From the NCBI GenBank assembly GCA_963779755.1, contig CAVZZO010000003.1, positions 1,696,001 to 1,760,000 of the forward strand: 64,000 nt of DNA, read 5' to 3'. Numbering within the stretch: the stretch's first letter is position 1; each line of letters starts with the position of its first letter. The translations under genes and the position numbers were made by a program. Under the pieces are notes generated by a model. That model worked only from the letters and a program-made list of their open reading frames with translations, was not told the DNA's origin and did not search any database. The stretch comes from an uncultured Gemmatimonadales bacterium (lineage in GTDB: Bacteria > Gemmatimonadota > Gemmatimonadetes > Gemmatimonadales > GWC2-71-9). Below are positions 47,494 through 58,075 of the stretch, piece after piece.

Positions 47494-47964
47494 TCACCGT
47501 CCGGTTCCATCGCTGGCCCCGCGGATCGGGACTGCCACGGTGCCCTCCCCGGCCCTGGCGAAGTCGAGTTCCACCCGGACACTGTCCCCGGCCGCGAGCC
47601 GGGCGCCGGGGAGGGTAAACATGATATGGCTGCCGCCCATGAGAAGCTGGATGATCCCCCCCGGGTTGATGGGACGGGGCAGGTCCGGCACCATAGTCAT
47701 CATTCCGCCGGCCTCACGCATGTCGTGCAGCATGGCCGGGGCGCCGTTCACCCGCACGGCCTCCAGGGTGTCGGCGGTGACCCCGTGGTTTGCCATGGTG
47801 AAAAAGACGGTCCCCTCGTCCGGAAAGCTGAGCCGGGCAAAGGCGTCCCGGATCTCGATAGGTCCGATGGTTCCCTGCCCCGTAGCGGGGGCTCGATGAC
47901 AGGCCGCCAGAAGCAGCAGCGTCATCCATCCGGAGAAGGACCGGAAGCGCGGATGAGAAGCCAT
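47494..47964 (-). CDS. Copper chaperone PCu(A)C lipoprotein
   Basis: Lipobox LAAC; exact H-x10-M-x21-H-x-M motif. Confidence 0.88.
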   Translation of the reverse strand: MASHPRFRSFSGWMTLLLLAACHRAPATGQGTIGPIEIRDAFARLSFPDEGTVFFTMANHGVTADTLEAVRVNGAPAMLHDMREAGGMMTMVPDLPRPINPGGIIQLLMGGSHIMFTLPGARLAAGDSVRVELDFARAGEGTVAVPIRGASDGTGR

Positions 47965-48077
47965 AGGTATGCCCCGTTCTTGAAGTTATGCGGACAACGG
48001 CCCCGGCGCCCCGATGCGCCTCCGGGAAATCCGGGCTATTATGGATCGGGCTGTCTCCATCCGGTCTCCGGCGAACG

Positions 48078-48683
48078 ATGCCTCACTCCACCTCCCCATC
48101 CGTCAGTCACCTGCTCCGGGAGCTGCGGGCGGGGAACCGCGCTGCATTCGACGAGCTCCTTCCGCTGGTCTATGACGAGCTGCACCGGCTGGCCAGCCGC
48201 CAGCGGCGCCGGTGGGAGGGCGACGAGACGCTCGACACCACCGCCCTGGTCCATGAAGCCTATCTCAAGCTGGCCGGCCAATCGGCCCCCGAATGGCAGA
48301 ACCGTGCCCATTTCCTGAGCGTGGCCGCGACCGCCATGCGGCAGATCCTCATCGACTACGCCAAGCGGAAGTGCGCCGCCAAACGCGGCGGCCAGCGGCC
48401 GCATGTGCCCCTGCACGAGCTCGAGTCCGTCCTGCTCCAGATGGAGCCCTCGTCCGAAGTCTGTGACGAGATCCTGGTCGCGCTCGACGAGTCGCTTCGC
48501 CGTCTGGAGCGGAGCAACCCGCGGCAGATGCGGATTGTCGAGTGCCGGTTCTTCGGCGGCATGTCCGTCGAAGACACCGCCGAGGCGCTCGGCGTATCGC
48601 CCGCGACCGTGAAGCGCGGCTGGGGAATGGCCCAGGCGTGGCTATATCGCGACCTCAAACAGACGGTTGAGGGCGCCCGGTGA
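48078..48683 (+). CDS. ECF sigma factor of the kinase-associated (TIGR02999-like) type
   Basis: LPLVYDELHRLA, TLDTTALVHEAYLKL, MRQILIDYA, VECRFFGG. Confidence 0.92.
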   Translation: MPHSTSPSVSHLLRELRAGNRAAFDELLPLVYDELHRLASRQRRRWEGDETLDTTALVHEAYLKLAGQSAPEWQNRAHFLSVAATAMRQILIDYAKRKCAAKRGGQRPHVPLHELESVLLQMEPSSEVCDEILVALDESLRRLERSNPRQMRIVECRFFGGMSVEDTAEALGVSPATVKRGWGMAQAWLYRDLKQTVEGAR

Positions 48684-51600
48684 CCGAACGGGAAGTGGGA
48701 CCCGGGGAGCGGGCCAACCCCGAGCGGCTGGAGGAGCTCTATGAGAGGGCCCGCGAACTGGGTCCCGAAGCCCGAGCCGCGTTCCTGAGCGAAGCCTGCG
48801 GCGGCGACTCCCGGCTGGAGCGGGAGTTGAGTTCGCTGCTGGCGCACGGAGAAACGGGCGAAGCGTTCTTCGCGGGTCTGGCGGAGGTCATCGTTTCGCC
48901 TGCCGTAGGGCACCAGGTTGGCCGCTACCGCCTGATCGGGATCCTGGGAACGGGAGGTATGGGAACGGTCTACCGGGCCCATGACACCCGGCTCGACCGG
49001 GTGGTGGCTCTGAAGTTCCTCCCCTCGTATCTGAGTGCGCAACCGGAAGCCCGGGAGCGGTTCCTGGTAGAGGCGCGTGCCGCGGCGGCCCTGGACCACC
49101 CCAACGTCTGCAGCATTCATGAGATCGGCGAGACCGCAGACGGCCGGCCCTTCATCGCCATGGCCTGTTACGAAGGCGAAACACTCAAGGAGCGGCTGAG
49201 CCGGGGACCCCTGCCGCCGGCGGAAGCGGTACGAATTGCGCTCCAGCTGGCTCGCGGCCTGGGGGCGGCGCATGACCGAGGGATAATTCACCGGGATGTG
49301 AAGCCCGGAAACGTGGTGCTCCCGGCCGACGGCATGGTCCGCTTGCTCGATTTCGGATTGGCCAAGGTGTCGGACGTCAGCATCACCGGCCCCGGCGTCA
49401 CTCCAGGAACAATCGCGTATATGTCGCCCGAGCAGGCGCGGGGCGATCCGGTGGATCCCCGGACCGATCTCTGGAGTCTGGGCGTCGTCCTCTACGAGAT
49501 GCTCACCGGGACCCGTCCGTTCCGGGGCGGGAATGACCGGGTCGTAATCCAGGCGATCTTTCATGAATCTCCGGATCCGCTGCACAAACGAATGCGCGGC
49601 GGCCCCTCCTCCTTGGCGCGGACGGTGGAGCGCCTGCTGCAAAAGGCGCCGGAGGACCGCTATCAAAGCGCGGACGAACTGGCGCGCGATCTGGCCGGGG
49701 GTACTTCCGCCGGCCGCATGGCGGCGGTGCGCGATTGGACGCGGAAGCACACCCGAACGGTTGCGGTAGCCGGGGCGGGGCTCATCGGCGTCATCGCACT
49801 GCTCTCTCTGGGATGGCTCGCCCACCGGCCCGGAAATCTGACCGCTGCTCCCGATTTGAACTCCTCAACTCCCACCATCGCCGTCTTGCCCTTTACCGTG
49901 CGCGGGCCGGGGCTCGAGGTCTGGCACGAGGGCATGGTGGATCTCCTCTCGATGGGACTCGACGGGGCGGCCGGGATCCGGACAGTCAACAGCCGTACCC
50001 TCCTGGCGAGGTGGCATCAGGAGGTCGGGGACCGGGCTCATTCCGATCTCCCGCTGGCCCTGGGCGTCGCCCGCCGCACCGGGGCGCGGTACGCGCTGGT
50101 CGGCTCGGCGGTCGCCGCAGGGGGGCAGATCCGGCTGGGCGCGCAACTCTACGAGGTCGGGAGCGGCCGGGTGTTGGGGCCGGTCCAGGTCGAGGGACCT
50201 GCCGACTCGGTGCTGTCCCTGGTAGACCGCCTGGGAGTGCAGACCCTGGGCCTCATTCCGGAAAAGGATCCTGGCGAGGTTCCTGCGCTCAACCTGGCCA
50301 GTATGACTACCAGTTCACTCGTTGCGCTCAAGGCGTATCTCCAGGGCGAGGATCATTATCGCCGTTCCGAGAACCGCGAGGCCGCCGAGGCCTGGGAGCA
50401 GGCGGTGCGCGCCGATACCCTGTTCGCGCTGGCCTACCTGGGTCTCGCCGATGCCTACGCCTGGCTGGCCAATTATACCAACGCGCTCCGCATGCGGTTT
50501 GTGGAATCGCTGGAGCATGCCAAGGCGATGGAGCAACGCCTCCCCGGCCGTGAGCGGACCACGATGGAGATCCGCTGGGAGCGGCTGACCGGGGTGCGGG
50601 CGGTGGTTCCCACGATCCGGGAGGCTCTCCGGAAATATCCGGATGCCGCCGATATCTGGTATGAGCTGGGCGAGGCCTATCTGCATGATGCGGTGGCAAT
50701 GAGTGGCCCGGAGCAGGCCGAGGAGGCCTTCCGGAAAGCGGCCGGGCTCCAGCCCACCATGGCGCCATACCGTATGCACCTACTCGACTTGGCGTTCAAC
50801 TGGCACGCCGATAGCGCGCAGGTTGCGCGGGAGCTCGAAGCCGATGCCCGGCTTGCCCCCGACGCCCCCAGGACCCGGGGTGGCCGGATCGCATTTGCGC
50901 TGGCCTTCGGTGACAGCGGCGCCCGCGCCCGCGCCCGCGCCGAGGTCCTCACGCTGGATAGCGAATCCGCGGCACAGGTGTATTTCTTCCTCGCCCACCC
51001 GAGGTTTGCCCAACTGCGCGACGCGGTCTACCGGACCATCCTCCCGCGTCTGGACGAAAGCGACCGAATGGCAGTTCAGGAGACGCGCTTCAGGGTCCTC
51101 GGCCTCATGGACGGACGCGTTCACGACGCCCTCGCGACACTGGATGAGCCCGGGACTCCTGGCTTTCTGCGCTACGTCGGCCCCCTCTACCTCTCCATGC
51201 GGGGTATGCCCGTACCGGAAGAACTTCTGAAGCGGACGCTCGCCGCCGCGCGGAAAGACAGTTCCCTCTTCTCGACCCGGACCGCGGCGATGTTTGCTGC
51301 CGGGACGGCCGCCCGCCTGGGCGATTGGAGCGGATACAACGACCTGGTTTCCCGCATGCGTGAACTCGCCGCGCGGGGCCGGGCTGCCGGCGACACGGCG
51401 AGCGCCGGGTATTGGGACTGGGCCGTCCAGGGAACGGAGGCGCATGGGCTGTGGCGACAGGGCCGGAAGGAGGAGGCCCTGCAGGCATTCGAGAGCACCC
51501 TTCCATTCGGTCAGGGTTGGTTCACGCTCTGGAACGTCGGACAGCTTTCGCTCGAGCTCGGCCGCCTGGATCAGGCGGAGCGCGCCTTCCGGGCGCTCTG

Positions 51601-51784
51601 GGGCCAGGACGCGACGCCGGCCTATCTGCAACTGGCTCGAATCCTGGAACGAACCGGACGGCTGCCCGAGGCACGCGAGGCCTACCAGTTCGTCGCCTAC
51701 GCCTGGCGCCATGCGGACCCGGAGCTTCAACCGCTGGTCGAGGAGACGCGCCAGGTGCTGCTGCGGCTGCCGAAGCCGGACTAG
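48680..51784 (+). CDS. Hanks Ser/Thr kinase with TM, TolB-like and TPR regions
   Basis: GTGGMG, VALK, HRDVKPGN, DFG, YMSPE; IAVLPF; TPR-like helices. Confidence 0.93.
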   Translation: MTEREVGPGERANPERLEELYERARELGPEARAAFLSEACGGDSRLERELSSLLAHGETGEAFFAGLAEVIVSPAVGHQVGRYRLIGILGTGGMGTVYRAHDTRLDRVVALKFLPSYLSAQPEARERFLVEARAAAALDHPNVCSIHEIGETADGRPFIAMACYEGETLKERLSRGPLPPAEAVRIALQLARGLGAAHDRGIIHRDVKPGNVVLPADGMVRLLDFGLAKVSDVSITGPGVTPGTIAYMSPEQARGDPVDPRTDLWSLGVVLYEMLTGTRPFRGGNDRVVIQAIFHESPDPLHKRMRGGPSSLARTVERLLQKAPEDRYQSADELARDLAGGTSAGRMAAVRDWTRKHTRTVAVAGAGLIGVIALLSLGWLAHRPGNLTAAPDLNSSTPTIAVLPFTVRGPGLEVWHEGMVDLLSMGLDGAAGIRTVNSRTLLARWHQEVGDRAHSDLPLALGVARRTGARYALVGSAVAAGGQIRLGAQLYEVGSGRVLGPVQVEGPADSVLSLVDRLGVQTLGLIPEKDPGEVPALNLASMTTSSLVALKAYLQGEDHYRRSENREAAEAWEQAVRADTLFALAYLGLADAYAWLANYTNALRMRFVESLEHAKAMEQRLPGRERTTMEIRWERLTGVRAVVPTIREALRKYPDAADIWYELGEAYLHDAVAMSGPEQAEEAFRKAAGLQPTMAPYRMHLLDLAFNWHADSAQVARELEADARLAPDAPRTRGGRIAFALAFGDSGARARARAEVLTLDSESAAQVYFFLAHPRFAQLRDAVYRTILPRLDESDRMAVQETRFRVLGLMDGRVHDALATLDEPGTPGFLRYVGPLYLSMRGMPVPEELLKRTLAAARKDSSLFSTRTAAMFAAGTAARLGDWSGYNDLVSRMRELAARGRAAGDTASAGYWDWAVQGTEAHGLWRQGRKEEALQAFESTLPFGQGWFTLWNVGQLSLELGRLDQAERAFRALWGQDATPAYLQLARILERTGRLPEAREAYQFVAYAWRHADPELQPLVEETRQVLLRLPKPD

Positions 51785-51868
51785 ACCCCATCCGAAGGGT
51801 ATAAGACCGATCGGCAGCCCGGTCAGCGCGATATGCCGGTGCGGCAGACCCCTGGGCCGTCCTGGGCT

Positions 51869-52411
51869 TCAGGGCACCGGACAGTCGGGAACACTCCCGT
51901 GGGTCTGCTCCACGTAGACCAGAGCGAAGGGGCCCAGGCCGTGGACCTGGACCTCGGTGCGGCCGCGGGCTTCCACGTAGTGAGGCGCGTACGCGGGCGC
52001 AGTCACGAAGCCGTCCTTGCCATACGCGGTCATGCTGCTCTCGTCGAAGTGGTCTCCCAGGCCGAACAGGAGCGTCCCGCTCAGGACGGTCACGTTCTCG
52101 TCGGTGGGATGCCAGTGCGGGTCGACCACATAGCCGTCCGGGAACAGCAGTCGGACGGTCCAGACGCCTCCGGCTTCCGCGGGATTGCCCCCGATCAGGG
52201 CCAGATCCGCTCCTGGCAGGAAGCAGGGAAGCGCGGGTCCCCACTGAATCTGCTTGCCGTTGATGAGCGAGTGGTCGCCCCCGCTGCTGGCCGCCGCGTC
52301 GGCGCGCGGAGACTCCCCGGCGGGCGCCTCCGGCGTCGTGGTGTCCTCGCAGGCCACCAGGGCCAGCAGGAGGGCCAGCGTTGTGGTCGCGGCGCGTGCA
52401 TGCATGGACAT
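51869..52411 (-). CDS. Cupin lipoprotein
   Basis: Lipobox LVAC; PHWHPTDENVTVLSG, PHY. Confidence 0.85.
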   Translation of the reverse strand: MSMHARAATTTLALLLALVACEDTTTPEAPAGESPRADAAASSGGDHSLINGKQIQWGPALPCFLPGADLALIGGNPAEAGGVWTVRLLFPDGYVVDPHWHPTDENVTVLSGTLLFGLGDHFDESSMTAYGKDGFVTAPAYAPHYVEARGRTEVQVHGLGPFALVYVEQTHGSVPDCPVP

Positions 52412-52869
52412 TCGGACCTCCCTCTGCTCTCGGGAGCATGCTCCCTCGGTTCGCGTGACGGACCGATACGGAGCGAGGCCGCCTGGCCCTCGCCCGCGGT
52501 CCGTGTCTTCACCTGCCCCATCCCGAGGGTGGCCATCGCCCGGAGAGCCACAGTCAGGAGCAGCGCATCCAATGGAAGGCCCCTCGAGCGGCGTGCCCGA
52601 ACACCCAGAGTCCTCGGGCCTGGGCGCTCCGGGAGGGACGCCAGCGACTCGGGTGGAGCACCACCGGCCCAGTGGTAAAACCCGGTGGTGAGGTTCCCGG
52701 CCTGAATGTGCTGTATCTCTTATACGAGAAAGCGGGTCGGACAGGGCTCATGGCGCCGGTGGTGGACCCGGGAGGGAAGGGGTCCGACCACACCGCCACG
52801 GTGGCCTGACGAATCGGGAGGGGAGGAGCGAGTCAACCGCGGCGAGGCTCTACCGGGGCTTCAGCCGAC

Positions 52870-53391
52870 TCACACGGCATACTTCTCCCGCAGCATCCGC
52901 AGATGGTGCCGCTCATGCCCCGCCATGATGTACACCAGCGCGCGAGCGCTCACCGGATACCCGCTGGCCGTGCCCTGCCGCGCCAGTGCCTCGGCCGACA
53001 GGCTCCCGGCCAGAGTCAGGGTGGCCGCACGCACCGCGTGATATTCCGCCAGGATGTCGGCCAGGGAGCGGCGGTCGGCCTCGGAGGCGGGCGCGTAGCT
53101 ATCCTGCTCGAAGCCGGCCAGCGGGGTGGTATCGCCCCGGGCGATCCGCAACAGCCGATAGGCAAAGATGCGCTCGGTATCGATGACGTGGACGACCAAC
53201 TCCTTGATGCTCCACTTCCCGGGCGCATAGCGGTGGCGCGCCCGCTCGTCGCCCAGCGGGCTCAGCAGATCGTGAATCTCCCGCTCCCCGCGCTCCAGCA
53301 GGTCGACCGGATCGGCGCCGCCGGGGAGCTGATCGAGGTAGCGGCCATAGTACGGGTTGTACTCGGAAGGGTCGGGGCGGGCGATGGCCAT
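52870..53391 (-). CDS. DinB family protein
   Basis: YAPGKWSIKELVVH..D.E, GHERHH. Confidence 0.9.
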   Translation of the reverse strand: MAIARPDPSEYNPYYGRYLDQLPGGADPVDLLERGEREIHDLLSPLGDERARHRYAPGKWSIKELVVHVIDTERIFAYRLLRIARGDTTPLAGFEQDSYAPASEADRRSLADILAEYHAVRAATLTLAGSLSAEALARQGTASGYPVSARALVYIMAGHERHHLRMLREKYAV

Positions 53392-53412
53392 GGGAGGCTC
53401 CGGAAAAAGGCA

Positions 53413-54363
53413 CTACGGCAGCGGAATCTCTCCCTTGTGCTTCCCCAGCCACGCGTCGAAACTCTGCAGCTCGGGATTGAGCTTCCGGGCGAAGGCCACA
53501 TCCCGCGTGCGCTGGAAGTGGTCCTCGAAATCACGATAGAACTGGAACATGTTGCCCAGGTCATCGGCACCGGGGAAGCCAAGCCCGCGGTAGAACTCGG
53601 GGGTCACGGCGTTGTATCCGATCTTCTGGCCCAGGGCCTTGCTGAGATCGGCGGCCATTTCGGCGCCGGAGAGGTGCTCGCCGGCGATGCCCACGGTCTT
53701 GCCGATATACTCCTTGCCGGCCTTGAAGATGCCGTAAGCGCACTTGCCGATGTCGACCACGGCGATCCCGGCCATCCGCTTGTCGCCCAGAGGGAACACC
53801 AGCGCCAGCGAGCCGTCGGGCAGGCGCTGCGGGCCGGAGCCGAAATGGATGAAATTGTCCCAGTAGAACGTGGTGAGCAGGAAGGTGGTGGGGACGCCGG
53901 CATCGGTGAAGAAATGATCGGCCTCGCCCTTGGCGTCGAAGTGCGGCACCTTCCACTTGCCGTGCAGCGTAGGCATCTGGTCCGAGTCGAGCGGGACGAA
54001 CTTGCGGGTATCGTCCAGGGTGGACCAGATCACGTGCTGGAGCTTCGCCGCCGCGGCCGCGCGGGCAAGGTTGGCCGCCTGGGCCAGCTCCTTCTCCGGC
54101 GAGAAATGCTCCCAGAAGTTGGTGACGCAATAGGCGCCGTACGCCCCCGCAAAGGCCCGCTCCAGGCTCTGCTCGTCGTTCAGATCGGCCTGCACCACTT
54201 CGGCGCCCGCCGCCGCCAGCGCCCGGGCCTGATCCGATCCGGGGTTCCGGGTGATCGCCCGGGCGGCGAAGCCCCCCCGCTGGTCCGCCAGAATAGCGCC
54301 TACCAGCCCTCCACCCTGGGCGCCGGTAGCGCCGGTGACGGCGATGATCCTGGTCGCGGGCAT
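53413..54363 (-). CDS. NmrA/HSCARG family protein
   Basis: VTGATGAQGG, VPHFDAK; GGAGG RBS before ATG 54363. Confidence 0.92.
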   Translation of the reverse strand: MPATRIIAVTGATGAQGGGLVGAILADQRGGFAARAITRNPGSDQARALAAAGAEVVQADLNDEQSLERAFAGAYGAYCVTNFWEHFSPEKELAQAANLARAAAAAKLQHVIWSTLDDTRKFVPLDSDQMPTLHGKWKVPHFDAKGEADHFFTDAGVPTTFLLTTFYWDNFIHFGSGPQRLPDGSLALVFPLGDKRMAGIAVVDIGKCAYGIFKAGKEYIGKTVGIAGEHLSGAEMAADLSKALGQKIGYNAVTPEFYRGLGFPGADDLGNMFQFYRDFEDHFQRTRDVAFARKLNPELQSFDAWLGKHKGEIPLP

Positions 54364-54541
54364 ATCCACCTCCGGGGCTGAAGGGAACAGGGGAGGTAAC
54401 ATAGGCGGGAAGTCGGGAAGGCGGAAAGTACTCCGAGCCTGGGGCCGGGCCGCTTCGGCTGGGCGACACCCGGGAAGCGGCCGTCTATGGCGCCCGGCGG
54501 TCCCGATTCCTAGCTTCAGGGGATACCCTGGAGGACGACGC

Positions 54542-56716
54542 ATGGCCGAAGCCCCCCCGCCCATGCCCGACCTGGTCGACCCGTTGCTGGAATCGCTGCG
54601 GGAGGCGACCATCGGCGATTATGAAGTCCTGGCCGAGCTCGGCCGGGGCGGCATGGCTGTGGTGTACCTGGCGCACGACCTGGCGCTCGACCGCAAGGTG
54701 GCCATAAAGGTCATGCTGCCGGCCCTGGTGCAGAGCGAAGGTTCCGCCGAGCGCTTCAAGCGCGAAGCCCGCACCGCAGCCTCGCTGACCCATCCGAACA
54801 TCATTCCCATCTACGCGGTCCGGCACCAGGACGTGCTGCTCTACTTCGTCATGCAGTTCGTGGCCGGGCGCACGCTCGATTCAATCATCGAGGAGCGGGG
54901 GCAGCTGCCGGTGGCCATGGTGCAGGACATCCTCACCCAGGTGGGCGACGCGCTGGCCTACGCGCACCGGCGCGGGGTCATTCACCGGGATGTGAAGCCG
55001 GGCAACATCCTGCTGGATGAAGACGGCCGAGCCATCGTGACCGATTTCGGCATTGCCAAGGTCAGTTCGGCCGAGAGCCTCACCCAGACCGGCGGCGTGG
55101 TCGGCACCCCTTCCTATATGAGTCCGGAACAGTGTACCGCCTCGACGGTCACCGGGGCGTCCGATCAGTACTGCCTCGGGCTCATCGGCTACGAGATGCT
55201 CACCGGGAAGCAGCCCTTTACCGGCGCCACCGCGGTCCAGCTCATGTTCAGCCGCTGCACCGAAGACCCACCGCCTCTCGAGAAGGCGCGGCCTGATTGC
55301 CCCCACCATATCACCGAGGCGATCACCCGGATGCTGGCCCGGGAAGCGGCGGATCGCTGGCCTCACATGGCCGACGCGGTGGCGGCGGTCGGCAGCCCGT
55401 CCACCGGGGAACGCGAGCCCATTCGCCAGGAGATGGCGACGCTGGCCCGTACCGGAACCTCCGCGCGGATCTTCAAGGCCATGCGGACGCCCACCAGCCC
55501 GATCCCGGCCGCGCGCGCGACCAGCAGCAGCCCGGCCGTTCCCGCAACCAGCACCGCGGCCGTGGCTGTCCCCCGGGCCCTGCTGTATGCGTTTCCGGCC
55601 GTACTGCTCCTGGCCGTTGCCGGGTGGGTCCTGCTGCGGGGGCGCGCGCCGGCCCCGGTGCAGGCGCCCGCCCCGGCGGTGGCCGCCGATACTTCCGACC
55701 CTGCCCCTGCCCCTGCCCCGGCAGCGGCGGTGGCGCGTGTCCGCCTCTCGCCCGCCGGGGCAGTGGCACTCGAGGCCGGAGGCACCGTCCAATTGTCCGC
55801 TACCGCCCTGGATGCTTCAGGGAAGCCGGTTCCGGACGCGGGCATCGAGTGGGGATCGAGCGATTCGTCGGTCGCGGTCGTGTCGCCGGCGGGTGTGGTG
55901 CGGGGAACAGGTCCCGGCATAGCTACGCTGACGGCGCAAAGCCGCGGGAGCATCAGCGCAACGGCGGTCACGGTCCGCGGGCCGCCGGCTCCGCCGCCGG
56001 CGGCCCGCCAGGCGCCGGCGCGCCCGGCAGCTTCCACCGTGGCGGCGCTGAGCCTGGTCGCGCCGGCGGAAACGCTGGGAATCGGGGGCGTAATCCGACT
56101 GCGGGCCACCCCCGAGGACGAGGCGGGCCGCGCCCTCGAGGGGCAGGAGTTCTTCTGGTCCTCCAGCGCGCCACGGGTCGCCAGCGTGGGCGAGGACGGC
56201 ACCGTGACTGCGCAGGGCGCGGGCAGCGCCACCATCACGGCCACCACGGGCGGCGTCTCCCGCAGTGTGAAGCTGACCGTGCTTCCGGGCGCGGCCCCGG
56301 CGAAGCCGGCGCCGGATACCGCCACTTCAGCACCCGTGGCGGCCGCGACGCCGCCGCCAGCCGCTCCCCCTGTGGCCACCGCGGAGGAAAACCGCCGGGC
56401 CATCGCCACCGTTCTCGCCGCCTTCAGGACGGCCGTGGTCTCCCGTGACATTACCCGGCTGCGGCGAGCCTATCCCGGCATGACCCAGCCGGAAGAACAA
56501 GCCTATCGCGAGCTGTTCCAGAGCGGCGGCCAGTTCGATCTCGAGCTGGCGTCGGAGACGCCCGACATTCAGGGCACGACCGCGGTGGTGACCGGCACCG
56601 CCCAGTACCACTATACCGAGCCGCGGAAGCTGGAACAGGCGTTCAGCTACCGGGCGGTACTCGACGGCTCTTCCGGAAACTGGCGACTGACCTCGATCGT
56701 TTTCGCCCAGCAGTAG
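54542..56716 (+). CDS. Hanks Ser/Thr kinase with TM and two Ig-like (Big_2) domains
   Basis: GRGGMA, HRDVKPGN, DFG; WGSSDSSVAVVSPAG and WSSSAPRVASVGEDG repeats. Confidence 0.93.
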   Translation: MAEAPPPMPDLVDPLLESLREATIGDYEVLAELGRGGMAVVYLAHDLALDRKVAIKVMLPALVQSEGSAERFKREARTAASLTHPNIIPIYAVRHQDVLLYFVMQFVAGRTLDSIIEERGQLPVAMVQDILTQVGDALAYAHRRGVIHRDVKPGNILLDEDGRAIVTDFGIAKVSSAESLTQTGGVVGTPSYMSPEQCTASTVTGASDQYCLGLIGYEMLTGKQPFTGATAVQLMFSRCTEDPPPLEKARPDCPHHITEAITRMLAREAADRWPHMADAVAAVGSPSTGEREPIRQEMATLARTGTSARIFKAMRTPTSPIPAARATSSSPAVPATSTAAVAVPRALLYAFPAVLLLAVAGWVLLRGRAPAPVQAPAPAVAADTSDPAPAPAPAAAVARVRLSPAGAVALEAGGTVQLSATALDASGKPVPDAGIEWGSSDSSVAVVSPAGVVRGTGPGIATLTAQSRGSISATAVTVRGPPAPPPAARQAPARPAASTVAALSLVAPAETLGIGGVIRLRATPEDEAGRALEGQEFFWSSSAPRVASVGEDGTVTAQGAGSATITATTGGVSRSVKLTVLPGAAPAKPAPDTATSAPVAAATPPPAAPPVATAEENRRAIATVLAAFRTAVVSRDITRLRRAYPGMTQPEEQAYRELFQSGGQFDLELASETPDIQGTTAVVTGTAQYHYTEPRKLEQAFSYRAVLDGSSGNWRLTSIVFAQQ

Positions 56717-56737
56717 CCACTCTCAAGCGGGGGGTAC

Positions 56738-58075
56738 ATGCGCCGTCCAGCGCTCGTCCTGTTCATCCTGCTCTCTGCGGCAGCAGGCCTCCACGCCCAG
56801 GATCAGACTCTGCGGGATCGTATCACCGGGTTGTTCATCTTCGGGCCCGGTGAAGACCCGCTCTTTCTGGCCGGCACCGCCGATCCGGACAATCCCGCCT
56901 CCATTCAGGCGCACGGGAGCCATTTCGTTCCCTCGGCGGTCAGCGCCAACGGCAGCCTGATCCTCTTCCTGGGCAGCGCCATCGGCGCCAATATCGGGAA
57001 CCTGCCCATCAGCGCCACCAGCAGCGGCACCACCTTCCGCCTTCAGGCCGGGGTTCCCGTGCCCACCAGCACCTCGGCGGGCCCGATCTTCGCCGAGCGG
57101 GCGCAGACCATGGGCCGGGGGCGGGTGTTCGTGGGCGCCGGCGTCAGCGTGTTTCATTTCAAGAGCCTGCGGGGCGTGCCGCTGGACAACGTGCACCTCA
57201 ACTTCACGCACGTGAATGCCGACTTTCCAGGTTGCGACAGCGTCTTCGGCGGGGACTGCTCCAGGATGGGTATCCCCCAGTTGGAGAACGATGTCATCGG
57301 GCTCGACCTCAACCTCGGCGTCAATGTCCGGGCCACCACTCTGGCGCTGACCTACGGCCTCACCGACCGGATCGATATCGGCGTGGCGCTGCCGCTGGTG
57401 ACCGTTTCGGTTCAGGGGGTCAGCAACGCCCAGGTTATTCCCTTCGGCCCCAACATCGCCCACTTCTTTGCCGGTACCGTGGACAATCCGGTATTGACGG
57501 CGAGCCGGTTCGAAGAGGGATCGGCCACCGGCCTGGGAGACGTGGCGGTGCGGGCGAAGCTCGGGGTGAGCGAGTCGGCCCGGGCGCGCTTCGCCATCCT
57601 GGCCGACGCCCGGCTTCCCACCGGCAACAAGGACAATTTTCTCGGATCGGGGAACTACGCCCTGCGGGGGGTGGGCATCGTGTCGGCCCAGTTCGGCAAC
57701 TTCTCCCCGCACGCCAATGTGGGCTACCTCTACCGCTCGGGGGCCCTCAACAACGACTACTTCCTGGCGACCGCCGGTTTCGACCATCTGCTCGCCCCCT
57801 GGGCGACGCTGGCGGTGGATCTCGTCTCCGAGCTCCAGGTCGGCGTGAACCGCCTGCGGTTACCGGGGCCGGTGGTCTACGATGCGCCATTTCACCGGAC
57901 GGTGCAGCCCAGCTCCATTCCCAACAGCCCGGACGACCTGATCAACGGTGCCGTGGGGTTCAAGTTTCTCACCGGGCCGGGCCTCACCATCGTGACCAAC
58001 GCCCTCATCCCGCTCAACCGGGGCGGGCTCCGGCCCGACGTGGCCTGGACCGCCAGCCTGGAATACAACTTCTGA
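56738..58075 (+). CDS. Outer-membrane beta-barrel protein (MetA-pathway/transporter-like)
   Basis: Signal peptide; YGLTDRIDIG, GLGDV..RAK, LPTG; C-terminal EYNF. Confidence 0.8.
   Translation: MRRPALVLFILLSAAAGLHAQDQTLRDRITGLFIFGPGEDPLFLAGTADPDNPASIQAHGSHFVPSAVSANGSLILFLGSAIGANIGNLPISATSSGTTFRLQAGVPVPTSTSAGPIFAERAQTMGRGRVFVGAGVSVFHFKSLRGVPLDNVHLNFTHVNADFPGCDSVFGGDCSRMGIPQLENDVIGLDLNLGVNVRATTLALTYGLTDRIDIGVALPLVTVSVQGVSNAQVIPFGPNIAHFFAGTVDNPVLTASRFEEGSATGLGDVAVRAKLGVSESARARFAILADARLPTGNKDNFLGSGNYALRGVGIVSAQFGNFSPHANVGYLYRSGALNNDYFLATAGFDHLLAPWATLAVDLVSELQVGVNRLRLPGPVVYDAPFHRTVQPSSIPNSPDDLINGAVGFKFLTGPGLTIVTNALIPLNRGGLRPDVAWTASLEYNF

Noticed and set aside
52412..52869. Small ORFs or ncRNA in the 460-bp gap
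   Set aside because: No convincing RBS, codon bias or structure.
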